Shown here: one piece after another, positions 10,830-21,505 of the stretch
Numbering within the stretch: position 1 is the stretch's first letter
Layout of the letters: each line of letters begins with the position of its first letter
Source: an uncultured Acidobacteriota bacterium
Lineage (GTDB): Bacteria > Acidobacteriota > Blastocatellia > RBC074
Assembly: GCA_963796275.1 (NCBI GenBank)
Contig: CAWCKY010000001.1
Location: 96,001-160,000 of the forward strand
Length of the DNA: 64,000 nt
Direction of reading: 5' to 3'
Position numbers and translations under genes: made by a program
Notes under the pieces: generated by a model
Told to the model about the DNA's origin: nothing
The model's input: only the letters and a program-made list of their open reading frames with translations
Databases searched by the model: none

Positions 10830-10891
10830 CGTAAAAGAGACTGGTACTAATCCGGTTGGCTAAGAATTCATGAGAGAAAGGAAAAGATCAT

Positions 10892-11239
10892 ATGTCGGCA
10901 GTTGGACAGTCGCTGATTGAAATTGATGAGCAGGTGTCGCTTGGATCAGTGATACAAAGGTCAAGGTCATTGAGGTCGCGCTTGACAAAACTGGTACACG
11001 GATCGAGTCCGGAAGAGATCCATTTTCAGTACCCACATCTGTCACTTGCCCAGGTTTACGCCGCACTCGCCTACTATTATGACCATCAGAATGAGCTTGA
11101 CTCCGAAATCCAGCGTCGTTTGCATGAGATCAATGAGATGGCCGCTCATGAAGCGACTAGGCCGCTCCAAGAAAGATTGCGCAAGTTCAGGCGTGGGCCG
11201 ATTATAGAGTCGCTGCTAGTTTCCATTCATCCACAATGA
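10892..11239 (+). CDS. DUF433-domain protein (putative antitoxin) with compensating frameshifts
   Basis: SPEEIHFQYPHLSLAQVYAALAYYYDH; the family-like GVAWISDTKVKVIEVALDK sits in a shifted frame at 10933-10989. Confidence 0.75.
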   Translation: MSAVGQSLIEIDEQVSLGSVIQRSRSLRSRLTKLVHGSSPEEIHFQYPHLSLAQVYAALAYYYDHQNELDSEIQRRLHEINEMAAHEATRPLQERLRKFRRGPIIESLLVSIHPQ

Positions 11240-11255
11240 GTACTGAGGAAAAAGA

Positions 11256-11480
11256 ATGACTCCGCTAAAGATTACAACAGTTGGAAATTCCGTCGGCATC
11301 ATTCTCCCCAAAGAGCTTTTGGAAAAGCTCAGAGTTGATCAAGGAGACACTCTCTTTGTGATAGAGACCCAAAACGGCATTGAGCTGATTCCCTATAACC
11401 CAGAGCTAGCAGCCCACATGGAGATTGCCGAGCGGGTCATGCAAGAGGATCGCGACGTTCTCCAGAGGCTGGCAGAATAG
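11256..11480 (+). CDS. AbrB/MazE-like antitoxin (putative addiction module antidote)
   Basis: LKITTVGNSVGIILPKELLEKLRVDQGDTL...LIPYNPE...VLQRLAE. Confidence 0.88.
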   Translation: MTPLKITTVGNSVGIILPKELLEKLRVDQGDTLFVIETQNGIELIPYNPELAAHMEIAERVMQEDRDVLQRLAE

Positions 11481-11878
11481 TGGGTGAATACGTTTGGCTA
11501 TTGCCGGAAGTGCTCCTGGCTATTCACGGGCGTCAGATTGCCGAACACGGCGGCGATCCCGGAGTGCGCGACGTGGGGCTTTTCGAGTCAGCTCTGGCAC
11601 GCCCGTAAAACCTGCTGGCCTATGGTGAGCCTGCGCCGGACATCGCCGCACTCGCCGCCGCCTATGCATATGGATTGAGTAAGAATCATCCTTTTATCGA
11701 TGGAAATAAGCGAGTGGCTTATGTGGCGGCGCGCACCTTCCTTCTGCTGAATGGTTGGGATATCTCGGCAGCTCCAGAAGAAAAATATCTGACGATGCTC
11801 TCACTGGCTGAAGGCAGTCTATCGGAAGAAGAGCTTGCCGACTGGTTTCGTACCCGGCTTATTGAACAGCCGAAATGA
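11480..11878 (+). pseudogene. doc: Doc/Fic family toxin with an in-frame premature stop
   Basis: GTG start; IHGRQIAEHGGDPGVRD...SALARP*NLLAY...HPFIDGNKR; TAA at 11606-11608. Confidence 0.85.
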
Positions 11879-11895
11879 CAATCGTAGCGATCCAT

Positions 11896-11917
11896 TCTTG
11901 TGACAATCTTGTGACAA
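11896..11917. repeat. Tandem 11-bp repeat TCTTGTGACAA x2 (possible integrase arm-type sites)
   Basis: Read directly; ~120 bp upstream of the tRNA fragment. Confidence 0.55.
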
Positions 11918-12034
11918 CAATACCTGGAAATAGCCTGAAATCCACGTCAACACCTGCACTGACCAGTGGCTGCAACTCATTGAAAATGTTGATAGATGTT
12001 GTTAAATGTGATTTCTTGATATGACCGTCGACGC

Positions 12035-12079
<45 letters not shown>

Positions 12080-12098
12080 AATAGAATCAACGATTTAG

Positions 12099-12122
12099 AG
12101 GCTGCCACCCGCAGCCTTTTTT
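12099..12122 (+). terminator. Rho-independent terminator
   Basis: AGGCTGC-CACCC-GCAGCCT followed by a T-run. Confidence 0.75.
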
Positions 12123-12624
12123 GCATGGTGCCACACTCAGGTTTACTCATTGCGCTGATTTATTGCAATCGCACGCGAGACCGACGACCGCAGACGCGAA
12201 GGACAAACGCTCAACAACCTGGGCAAGAAGGGCAGGCATAGACCGCAAGCGTGAAGATAACCCAGCAGAACAGGCCGACGCCAAAGATGCTGAGGATGAT
12301 TCCGATGACGAGCATGGTGGTGCCTCTGTGACAATATCTGGCTGCGCCCACCACCACCGCGCGCCGGCCGGAGATATTGACAGCACATTGTCAATTATTC
12401 AATCATCGCTGGATACCACATCCGAGGTGCAGCGCGTCAGCCGGATGGGTGGCGTTGAGCCCGATCGGCGCGCTGGCGCTGGCGCGTCGCCCTGGAAAAG
12501 CTCGCGCGGGACCATGCCGCTGACCGCCACGCGCACCGCCGCCGACGCTTTGCTACCGCCCTGTGTGCCAACGACGCGGTGATCACCAATGTCGATTTCA
12601 GTCGAACGAAGTAGGAGATATTTA

Positions 12625-13035
12625 ATGTCGCTCGAACTCATCAACCCAGATGATCTGCCAATTCCAGAGATGTACACCCAGGTTGTCGTCGCGACGGGAT
12701 CCAAGCTGGTATTCGTCTCAGGTCAGCAGCCCGAAGACATACACGGCAAGCTCGTTGGGCATGGTGATTTTGCGGCGCAAGCGCGCCTGGCATTCGGCAA
12801 TCTCGGCCGAGCGCTCAATGCGGCAGGTGCACGGCCTGAGCAAGTTTGCAAGATCACAATCTACATTGTCGATTATAAGCGCGATGAACACGTTCCGATC
12901 ATCGAAGAAGCGCAGATTTCGCTGTTTGGAGATCACAAACCAGCGAATGTGGTGGTCGGGGTAGCGATAATGTCCCCAGGCTACCTCATAGAGGTCGACG
13001 CGATAGCGGTCATTGACGAGGCCATCAGAAGCTAG
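12625..13035 (+). CDS. RidA/YjgF family protein
   Basis: YTQVVV...LVFVSGQ...QARLAFGNL...LIEVDAIAV; AGGAG RBS. Confidence 0.9.
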   Translation: MSLELINPDDLPIPEMYTQVVVATGSKLVFVSGQQPEDIHGKLVGHGDFAAQARLAFGNLGRALNAAGARPEQVCKITIYIVDYKRDEHVPIIEEAQISLFGDHKPANVVVGVAIMSPGYLIEVDAIAVIDEAIRS

Positions 13036-13305
13036 CGTCGCCACAATGCGACCCGCGTCTTAATCAGAAACGAGCCGTGACAGCTCTGAATTGAACATGA
13101 TAAAAAAATCGGCCCAAGCCACTGGTTCATCGATAGCCAAATCCAATCACTTAGTATGACCAATGAACGAACGCTGGAACAGCCCCCAGATATTGTCGGA
13201 ACATTTCTAGGCCGATGGTGTCTAACGTAATAGGCGATCAAAATGACCAAATCTTCACCGACATTGAAAGCTATCCTCAACTGCCCGCCTCTTAGTCGTT
13301 AAACG

Positions 13306-14163
13306 TTGTCAAGCAGCGCGGCAATGGGACAGGATAGATTACCTGCGATGAAATCCTTAGTAGTAAGAACAGTCCTCACGTTAATCTCACTCATCGTATG
13401 TGCAAGTCTCATCAAATTTTCGTATCGACATAATCAATCTCTGCCTTTTCCGAATTACGATACATTTACATGGCGTGTGCCCCAATATTTATCTTACTGG
13501 TGGGTGCGGCTGACGAATCCACCTGAGGATGGTTCACTCAGATGGAGGGTTCAGGAGGCGAAACGTAAAGGGGAAAGACATATTGAAAGAATAACTATTA
13601 GTTGCGGTACTGTGTTAACGAACCCTCAAGAAGCCTTGAAAGAAGCTCTCTCTTATTTTGCCGTAATTGTGGCAGAGCCGATCGAGAAGAAATCCTACGA
13701 AGGTAAGGACTACGTCATTACTTGCTATAGATTTAGAATAATCGAGACTCTCAACCCCAGGCCATTGGCCCCCTGTCCTCACTGCATCGGTTCATTTGAT
13801 CCTCCAAGCGACATGTCTCCAGTAGGTAATGATGAAATATTGATTCTACAACTTGGCGGCACAAAAATCATCGACGACGTCGAGGTTATTGATTCCGTTT
13901 CCAACCGGCCACACTACTCATTGTCTCAGAAGTATCTGCTCTTCCTGATACCAAATTCCCCAAGTTGGAAAAGTTTTCAAGGCCTGGGATCAGCCGGAGT
14001 ATTTGAAGTTGATAGCAAAGGCATTCTTAAACCTACCACTTCACACCATAGCGCGCTCAGCATATACATCCTTAAACACCACCATAATTCATTAGACCGG
14101 TTGAAATCGGATATTCAGCGGTTGGAGAGAGAATTCAGCAGTTCATCGAAAACTAGGCGATGA
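13306..14163 (+). CDS. Hypothetical membrane-anchored/secreted protein
   Basis: 285-aa AT-rich ORF with an N-terminal hydrophobic segment; GG...QKYLLFL motif. Confidence 0.6.
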   Translation: MSSSAAMGQDRLPAMKSLVVRTVLTLISLIVCASLIKFSYRHNQSLPFPNYDTFTWRVPQYLSYWWVRLTNPPEDGSLRWRVQEAKRKGERHIERITISCGTVLTNPQEALKEALSYFAVIVAEPIEKKSYEGKDYVITCYRFRIIETLNPRPLAPCPHCIGSFDPPSDMSPVGNDEILILQLGGTKIIDDVEVIDSVSNRPHYSLSQKYLLFLIPNSPSWKSFQGLGSAGVFEVDSKGILKPTTSHHSALSIYILKHHHNSLDRLKSDIQRLEREFSSSSKTRR

Positions 14164-14544
14164 GCGATCAGCCGATGGTAGATATCGAACAAAGATTGAA
14201 TGCGTTGGTGGGTCTCGGTCATTTGAGCAGTAACGTCCGTGAGATTGGAGTCAAAGTAATTGCCGGACCGTTGTGTGTCGGTTTGGAATCTACTTCTACT
14301 TGGTTCACAACCACGGCCTAATAGCCAAGAAATTATGTCTTGGTTACTGGGCTTCTTTGCTCGCTAACTTCGTCCCTCTGGGTGACTGGCGGGTCAAACT
14401 TGCGGTGTATATGGTCAATTTGCTCGTACTGGCCGTGCTTCAACTCCAGACGTATTATGGAAGGAGTGCGGCAGTCGTCAGCGAGCGAATTCAATAGATC
14501 GAGATCTTCGGTGCGTTGGCACCCATTGTCGTACCGGCGCACCG

Positions 14545-14761
14545 AAAGCTCACGATTATCGCTGATCCCCAGCGCCTCGGCGATTGAGCGCAATGTTTGC
14601 CCATTGCGAATCATCGGCCGCGCCTGCTGTTTGAATTCTTCGTCACACTTACGGCGCGTGAGTGGCCTCTGCAGAGTCGATGAATTTTGTACTCTTTTTT
14701 TCATAGTCGTGTTGCTTATTTTTCAAGCAACACTCGTTTCCATCGAACCGGAGCCATCTCA
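14545..14761 (-). mobile_element. Truncated IS3-family element (left end plus OrfA N-terminus)
   Basis: 5'-TGAGATGGCTCCGG terminus; RRKCDEEFKQQA..MIRNGQTLRSIAEALGIS HTH. Confidence 0.65.
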
Positions 14762-14768
14762 CACATAA

Positions 14769-14929
14769 GTTGTGCGTGATATAGGTCGTTTTTAAACATT
14801 TTGTTGTCCCATTAAATCAACCACTAAACGTAATATTCTCTCTGAATACTCGTATGGTTGACGGTCAATTTTCCCTGTAAGAGAAAGATGGGATTTGTCG
14901 GTCTGTGAAAGCAGAGATATCATTGAGTT
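14769..14929. repeat. ~160-bp non-coding direct repeat, copy 2
   Basis: Matches 10666-10829. Confidence 0.85.
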
Positions 14930-14937
14930 GGTCAAAT

Positions 14938-15117
14938 TGTTCTGCGCCAAAGTGTAGAGCGTGCTAAGGCGATGTTGCGTGCTCCCGATGGGCGAGTATT
15001 GGACGTGGCCGTGGCCTGTGGCTTCAAGACCCAGCAGCACTTTGCGCAGGTCTTCCGTGATGTCTGTGGAGTTAGCGCGACCAAGTACCCGCCAGGATTT
15101 CTGCTCCGAAGTGACTA
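14938..15117 (+). pseudogene. AraC-family regulator C-terminal HTH fragment
   Basis: Hand translation: VERAKAMLRAPDGRVLDVAVACGFKTQQHFAQVFRDVCGVS; 5' part missing. Confidence 0.75.
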
Positions 15118-15523
15118 GCGCAAGACAGCACGCAATTCAGCAAGATTCCGACCATCCGAGCAGAAACTCGCCCAGTTCCGTATCCGATGTGTGGTTTACT
15201 CACAGTTGTGAGCATATCTACGACGTCAGAGAAAGTGGTGAGCGAAAGGAACCGAAGCAGGTTTCTCCTTGCCGCGATTTTGGGGACAGCGAATGTACCC
15301 GTCCCTTTGCGTACTGTCTAAACTGCATAATGAAGAAGTCGAAATTACTAAATTGAGAAGAGCAATGAATCACGCCTAAAGAGAACACGATGCAAGTTAA
15401 GGAAAAGACAATGAGTGTACTTCAAGTCAAGACGGTTCAAAGGCCTTTTACACCGGCACAACAATACATTGATGCAAAACATGGATTAAGCGGCGATATT
15501 TACTGCCGCGACGCGGGGGTAAA

Positions 15524-16564
15524 ATGATCCGCACAAAACTTACCGAGCGTTATGGTATCGAGCTGCCTTTTGTCTCCGCCGGTATGGGCTTCATTGCCAT
15601 ACCACCTTTGGCAGCAGCCGTTTCAAATGCCGGCGGATTGGGTCAGTTGGCCACTGGCGCCGCTCCGCCTGAGATCTTACGCAAGTTGATCAGCTCGACG
15701 CGCGCCCTAACAAGCCGCCCCTTTGCTGTCAACTTCATCATTGAAACTACAGCCTTCGGTCCGCTGGCCACCGACGCCCATCTTAGAGTGTGCATCGAGG
15801 AGCGTGTACCGGCAGTCGTGTTCCACTGGGCTCCGCCACCGGTTGAGTGGGTCCGAATGCTGAAAGAAGCGGCATGCGACGTATGGCTGCAGACGAGTTC
15901 GATTGCAACCGCGCAGGCAGCCACCGCCTCCGGCGTCGATATCATCATTGCTCAAGGTAGTGAAGCGGGCGGACACAATAGGAGTACGACAGGTCTATTC
16001 ACCCTGTTGCCACGGATGGTAGATGCTGTGAATCCCGCGCCGGTAATCGCGGCCGGCGGAATCGCCGATGGCAGAGGTATGGCCGCGGCCTTGTGCTTAG
16101 GCGCTGCCGGAGTATGTGTCGGAACACGGCTGGTAGCGACTGTCGAATCAAACGCACACGATGAATACAAGCGCCGGATTACGGAGGCTACAGAGGAGGA
16201 TATTGCGAGGACTTGCATTTTCGGTCCCGAGTGGCCGAACGCTCCGATGCGCGTGATACGCAACCGGGTAGTACGTGAGTGGGCAGGCAACGACGCGCAG
16301 ACGCCGCCACAGCCCGATCCTCCGCAGACCATCGGGAAAACGATACTTGGCGGCCGAGAATATTTGATGCCAAAGTTTGCTGCCATCCTTCCGACTCCGG
16401 AAACGACTGGTGACTTTGAAGAAATGTGCCTGGCCGCAGGCGAAAGCGCAGCGCTCGTGAACACAATCGGCTCGGCACCGGCCATTGTGCAGACGATAGC
16501 GAAAGAAGCGGAGCAGATTCTGGAACAGCAAAGGACAGCGGTCGCTTCGATGCATCCAAAGTGA
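15524..16564 (+). CDS. Nitronate monooxygenase / FabK-like flavin oxidoreductase
   Basis: AAVSNAGGLG, AQGSEAGGH, PVIAAGGIADGRG, GTRLVATVES. Confidence 0.92.
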   Translation: MIRTKLTERYGIELPFVSAGMGFIAIPPLAAAVSNAGGLGQLATGAAPPEILRKLISSTRALTSRPFAVNFIIETTAFGPLATDAHLRVCIEERVPAVVFHWAPPPVEWVRMLKEAACDVWLQTSSIATAQAATASGVDIIIAQGSEAGGHNRSTTGLFTLLPRMVDAVNPAPVIAAGGIADGRGMAAALCLGAAGVCVGTRLVATVESNAHDEYKRRITEATEEDIARTCIFGPEWPNAPMRVIRNRVVREWAGNDAQTPPQPDPPQTIGKTILGGREYLMPKFAAILPTPETTGDFEEMCLAAGESAALVNTIGSAPAIVQTIAKEAEQILEQQRTAVASMHPK

Positions 16565-16715
16565 TTTGCTGCAGATATAGTAGTAGCTTGGATAGCCATC
16601 AAAGCTCCTCATCGGAGCTCGTTCGCTTTTCTGACACATGATTAATGCCGACTAAAATGGTGCCGGCTTCAGGACGGATCCTAACCGCGGCTGGTGCTCC
16701 ATCTAAATTTGGTAT

Positions 16716-17738
16716 ATGGAGAAAGTACAAATGACTGTGATACCTGATCGAGTTATCCAATTGGGCTTGGGATTTTGGGGTTCTAAGACTCTCTTGAGCG
16801 CGATTGAGCTTGGCGTATTTACTATGCTTGCGAATGGACCGATGGATTTGCATAACCTGACGGTCAGTCTCGGGCTACACCCACGAAGTAGCCGAGATTT
16901 CTTCGACGCCCTGGTAGCTCTCGGAATGCTCGAGCGAGAGGACCTGCAGTATCGGAACACACCAGAGACGGATAATTTCCTGGATCGAAACAAACGCACC
17001 TACATCGGCGGCATGCTCGAGATGGCCAACGAGCGGCTCTACGCGTACTGGGGCACGTTGACCGAGGGCCTACGAACAGGACAGCCGCAAAACGAAACGA
17101 AGACCGGCGCTCCCGGTCTGTTCGAAAACCTCTACGGAGACCCCGAACGGTTGAGGCTTTTCCTGGGGGCAATGACAGGTCTTAGCGCCGGGGCAGCCAG
17201 AGCCATCGCCGAAAAATTTCCCTGGCGGAATTACAAGACAGTCGTTGATGTTGGCGGGGCTCAGGGTGGCCTGCTGGTCCAGGTGGCGTTGGCCCACGAG
17301 CACCTCAAAGGCACGAACTTCGACCTTGAAGTCGTTGGGCCAGTGTTTTCCGAATACGTTGCAAAACATGGCCTAAGCCAACGGCTCTCGTTTTCGCCCG
17401 GCAACTTCTTTGAAGACCCGTTGCCTGAGGCTGATGTGATTACCATGGGTCATATTCTCCACGACTGGGATATTGATCAAAAGGGCATGTTGCTGCAAAA
17501 GGCTTATGAGGCCCTACCGAGTGGAGGCGCTTTAATTGTCTTCGAAGCGCTGATCGATGACGAGCGGCGGACGAATGCGTTTGGTTTGTTGATGAGCCTG
17601 AACATGTTGATTGAGACGCCCGGAGGCTTTGATTTCACCGGCAGAGATTGCAGCGGCTGGATGAAAGAAGTGGGCTTCACGAGCACCAGAGTTGAGCATT
17701 TGATTGGCCCGGATTCGATGGTCGTGGGTATCAAATAG
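16716..17738 (+). CDS. SAM-dependent O-methyltransferase (dimerisation + Methyltransf_2)
   Basis: [26 protein letters not shown]. Confidence 0.92.
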   Translation: MEKVQMTVIPDRVIQLGLGFWGSKTLLSAIELGVFTMLANGPMDLHNLTVSLGLHPRSSRDFFDALVALGMLEREDLQYRNTPETDNFLDRNKRTYIGGMLEMANERLYAYWGTLTEGLRTGQPQNETKTGAPGLFENLYGDPERLRLFLGAMTGLSAGAARAIAEKFPWRNYKTVVDVGGAQGGLLVQVALAHEHLKGTNFDLEVVGPVFSEYVAKHGLSQRLSFSPGNFFEDPLPEADVITMGHILHDWDIDQKGMLLQKAYEALPSGGALIVFEALIDDERRTNAFGLLMSLNMLIETPGGFDFTGRDCSGWMKEVGFTSTRVEHLIGPDSMVVGIK

Positions 17739-17800
17739 AGTCGCGTTTAGCGTCGTTTGCGGGCAGGCTTGGCGGTTCCGGAACGGCTGAACTGAGCATA

Positions 17801-18131
17801 GGGCAAAGGCGGGAAATACCTGATCACCCCGCCCGATTACAAGGACAAGGTTCCAGAGGGCTATATCCATTTACCCTCATTTACCTATCAGGGCTATGCG
17901 CTGCTGCGTTCGATTCTGAAGAGCCGCAGCGCTGAGGATATCAGCAAAGCGGTGTAGTACGGCAAGCGGATCAAACTCTACCAGCTCTCGCAAGCGGCTA
18001 ATCCCCCCGAGACAAAATTTATTGACGCGATAGACACGGTGGTGGACGGAGTCATTCCATACGATGTCCGTTTCTTCGAATCTCTCGATCGGATGGTGCA
18101 GGCCGAGCCCTGGCTGGAGCGCGACCGCGCG
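17801..18131 (+). pseudogene. DUF1254/DUF1214 protein internal fragment
   Basis: GKGGKYLITPPDYKDKVPEGYI...IPYDVRFFESLDRMVQAEPWLERDR with an in-frame stop. Confidence 0.65.
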
Positions 18132-18620
18132 TCCTTGCCCAGCTTCTGCTCACGGATCTCGAGAGCGCGCCGGTTGAATGGTTCGGCCTCCTGGAACTGG
18201 CCCCCTGGTAGAGAAGAATCTGGCGAGTTCGTCGAGGCTTCGGGCAATGGCTGGGTGATCCGTACCCAGCGCCTTCTCCTGAATTTTGATGGCGCGCCTC
18301 AAGAGAAGTTCAACCTCTCCATACTTGCCTTGATACTGATAGACGGCGGTGAGAGCTTGGAGGGTGGCAGCCAGCGATAGATGATCTTTGCCCAATCTCT
18401 TCTCGCTGATATCGAGCGCGCGGTCTAGGAGTGGTCCTGCCTCTGCGGGCTTATTCTGCGCATAGTAGAGGTCTGCCAGGTTGATGAGGCTGGTAGCGGT
18501 GGACAGATGATTCTCGCCCAGTTCCTTTTCGCGAATCTTGAGCGCGCGCTCGAGAAGCGTTCCGCCTCCGCATACTCCGTTATTCTCTGCAGACTTATCC
18601 CAAGCCAGTTCAAAACGTCT
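18130..18620 (-). pseudogene. Degraded TPR-repeat protein fragments
   Basis: YQGKYGEVELLLRRAIKIQEKALGTDHPAIARSL and EAEPFNRRALEIREQKLGKD in different frames. Confidence 0.65.
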
Positions 18621-18905
18621 GGATCGTCTTCTCTCAGTAAAACGACTTCTTGAAAGGTGTCCGCGGCTGCGCTGTACTTCTCCTGTCCGTATAGAGATTG
18701 CCCAAGGAAGAAGGCGGCGTCTGCCAGGTCCGTCCCGGTCTTCTGACTCGCCCCTTTTCGCCTTTAATAGGCTTGCGTCAGCAATTTGGTCGCCGTCTGG
18801 AAGTTCTTCTCATAGAGAGCCGCCAGCCCTTGCGGCATGCGTTGAACGCGGATTAGGGTGCGAGGCGGTGAGTATGCAGATCGTTGCCACGCCTAAAACT
18901 AGGGC

Positions 18906-19469
18906 CTATGCTGATTTGAAACGGTAACGATGGAGCGTCGCCCCCGATCCGAAATCATGGCTATCGATCAAATCAAGAACGCGCCGTTTTCCATTCTTCG
19001 TAAACAGCGGCGTTCCTCCGCCCAGCAAGATTGGATATTCGATCAAGTGCACTTCATCCACCAATCCTCGGTCGAGGATGGCCTGCGTTGCGCTGGCTCC
19101 TGCGAAAAGCGCGATCGGGCGTCGGGCCTGTCTTTTTAGCTGTGGAATGTCGTCGAGCCTGATCGCGTGTGAATTCGCCCATCCGGTTCGTTCTGCCTGA
19201 TGAGTGAGGACATATTTGGGCAAGGCGTTCATCAGCCTCGCCTGCTCGATCAGATCTTCGGAGGCGCCGTTGTTTGAGCCGGCGTCGGGCCAAAATTTGG
19301 CCAGCAGTTCGTGCGCCCTTCGCCCGAAAATCATGCCGTCGACCGATCGGAGCGTCTCCGTCGCAAAGCGATCCATTGATAGATCGCTCGTCATCCATTC
19401 GATGTCTCGTCCGGCGTCTTCGATATATCCGTCCAATGAGATACCGATTTGGAGAAACAAATCCGCCAT
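18906..19469 (-). CDS. Dihydrofolate reductase-like (RibD C-terminal) protein
   Basis: ISLDGYI, MIFGRR, PKYVLT, LVDEVHLIEYPILLGGGTPLF. Confidence 0.9.
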   Translation of the reverse strand: MADLFLQIGISLDGYIEDAGRDIEWMTSDLSMDRFATETLRSVDGMIFGRRAHELLAKFWPDAGSNNGASEDLIEQARLMNALPKYVLTHQAERTGWANSHAIRLDDIPQLKRQARRPIALFAGASATQAILDRGLVDEVHLIEYPILLGGGTPLFTKNGKRRVLDLIDSHDFGSGATLHRYRFKSA

Positions 19470-19702
19470 ATCTTTCTCCTCCTTCCAGTTAGAGTGTCCT
19501 GCGGCGTAATGCTAATCGACCGGCGAAAAAGAAAAATGCCGAGTTGAAGGACGCCTGTCCCTGCCGAAAACCTCATCCTGCCTTGAAATACTTGCGGTTA
19601 GAGGGATCATCAGCCATTCTGCTCGATCGTCCGGCTAATCCTTTTGAGGAAGAGACAATTCTTCGATCTGAGCGAAGCGAACTCCTTTTGTCCCATTCGG
19701 TG

Positions 19703-20344
19703 TCATTCACGCTTGGCTACTTCGATTCTGATAAACTCTGGAAGGTACGACGGCGTACAGTTTTTGGCAACATGCTCGTCCTTGTAGAGCCCCAATGCTT
19801 CCCCAAGTTTGATACACCTGGATCGAAATTCAGGCTCGTGAACACCAATTTGGCCAGCGCAGAAGTTCATCGCCCATTGAACTTCGGGTTCAGCATTAGC
19901 CATATTGTTTTCCAGGGAATCAAGCAGGTCTGCACTATTACCGGGAGGAGCTTGCCCGACCCAGCGCAAGCGAGCTTGGTGATACCAGAACAAGCGACGC
20001 AGAATCGGGGAAGGATTCTTCTCCCATGTCGCGATCAGGGAGACAAGTTTCTTGTCTTTGGCTAGCTGGTTTGCCAACAGCCAGTCAGCCAATTGGTTGC
20101 GTTCCTCCGCGTCATGCCGAAGCATATCCGATGCAAGCTGATCGATGACATTTTCTGCGAGGAGCTTCTTATCGAAGATGAGGGTCGCGAGAAGACGAGG
20201 GTAGTATTCGCCCGTTGACCAAAGCTCCATTGCCAGATCGTGGTCTTTCTTGATCTCGTTGCCACGCTTTTTTAGGTCGCCCAGCTTCACGTTTCCGTTA
20301 GTGATCTCGGCGACAAGTTTCTTTGCTCTTGCCGATAAAGCCAT
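19703..20344 (-). CDS. DNA alkylation repair (AlkD-like) protein
   Basis: IKKDHDLAMELWSTG, VQWAMNFC, KNCTPSY. Confidence 0.85.
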   Translation of the reverse strand: MALSARAKKLVAEITNGNVKLGDLKKRGNEIKKDHDLAMELWSTGEYYPRLLATLIFDKKLLAENVIDQLASDMLRHDAEERNQLADWLLANQLAKDKKLVSLIATWEKNPSPILRRLFWYHQARLRWVGQAPPGNSADLLDSLENNMANAEPEVQWAMNFCAGQIGVHEPEFRSRCIKLGEALGLYKDEHVAKNCTPSYLPEFIRIEVAKRE

Positions 20345-20596
20345 TTTGTCTGTCTCCCCTCTACTTGCCAGATAACGTATTAAGAATTCGTGTGGCGCGG
20401 AGGCATTGTAGTCTTACACAAAGGCCAGGAAATAGCTGCCAAACGAAAGTTGTCATTGTGGACATTGGTGAGCTTTCGGTATGCCGGTAAGACAATGGGT
20501 CCCGGCGTACTGAAAGCCTACTATACTTCTTACTTTGATTGTCATGGCTTAAATAGTGATGGTCGCTTGACCTTCGCCAGATTTTTAAGAAATTCA

Positions 20597-21440
20597 GGCT
20601 CTGTTGCAAATAAACCAGGCGACCGGTCCTCAAAGCTGGTAGACTGACCCAATTCTATTATCACTGGGGGTTGCTCTGACCAAATCCAACCCGTTCAAAT
20701 GGCGACACTACGAGTCCGAAGTCATTCTTCTCTGCGTCCGCTGGTATCTGCGCTCTGCCCTCAGTTCTCGCGACCTCGAAGAAATGATGGAGGAGCGCAA
20801 CCTCACAGTCGATCATACGATGATCTACCGGTGGGTTCAGGCATATGCTCCAGAATTGGAGAAAAGATCACGCCCTCATCTGCGCTCAACCAATGACTCC
20901 TACCGCGTCGATGAAACCTACATCAAGATCAAAGGGAAATGGCATTACCTCTACCGCGCTGTGGATTCCACCGGCCAAACGATTGACTTTATGCTCAGCG
21001 CTAAAAGGGATACGAAGGCCGCCAAACGCTTCTTCCGCAAGATGCTGAAGGCCCCCGAAAATCAATCCCCACGGGTCATCAACGTCGATCAGAACAAAGC
21101 CTATCCGCCCGCCGTCGAAGAGTTGAAGGAGGAAGGAGTCCTGTCTATCGCCACTCGATTACGCCTATGCAAGTACCTCAATAACATCATCGAGCAGGAT
21201 CATCGATTCATAAAACGCCGAGTCAATCCCGGACTCGGATTCTTCAGCTTCAACACGGCGCGGCGGATCATCGGTGGTTATGAGGTCACAAATATGATCC
21301 GGAAGGGCCAGGTTGAAGGAATCGGGAAAGGCGACCTTCGCGGACAAGTTAGATTCGTGGAGAGCCTCTTCAAGGTGGCCGCCTGAACTGAAGTAACGTT
21401 CAGCATTTTTGTGTCCCAACTTATTTTTTGCAACACAACC
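20597..21440 (+). mobile_element. IS6-family insertion sequence (844 bp)
   Basis: Imperfect IRs GGCTCTGTTGCAAA / TTTGCAACACAACC around a transposase. Confidence 0.88.
20676..21386 (+). CDS. IS6 transposase (frame open from CTG at 20676; ATG possibly mutated)
   Basis: NPFKWRHYESEVILLCVRWY, YRVDETYIKIKGKWHYLYRAVD, KYLNNIIEQDHRFIKRR. Confidence 0.88.
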   Translation: MTKSNPFKWRHYESEVILLCVRWYLRSALSSRDLEEMMEERNLTVDHTMIYRWVQAYAPELEKRSRPHLRSTNDSYRVDETYIKIKGKWHYLYRAVDSTGQTIDFMLSAKRDTKAAKRFFRKMLKAPENQSPRVINVDQNKAYPPAVEELKEEGVLSIATRLRLCKYLNNIIEQDHRFIKRRVNPGLGFFSFNTARRIIGGYEVTNMIRKGQVEGIGKGDLRGQVRFVESLFKVAA

Positions 21441-21505
21441 GATTGAATAGATCAGCCAGCAGCAAACGGTTCTTTTCAATCGCATCGCCGGCATAGGAAG
21501 ACACT

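Noticed and set aside
12121-12582. Acidic 153-aa ORF and overlapping ORFs
   Set aside because: No RBS or recognisable motif; several competing frames; probably a decayed fragment
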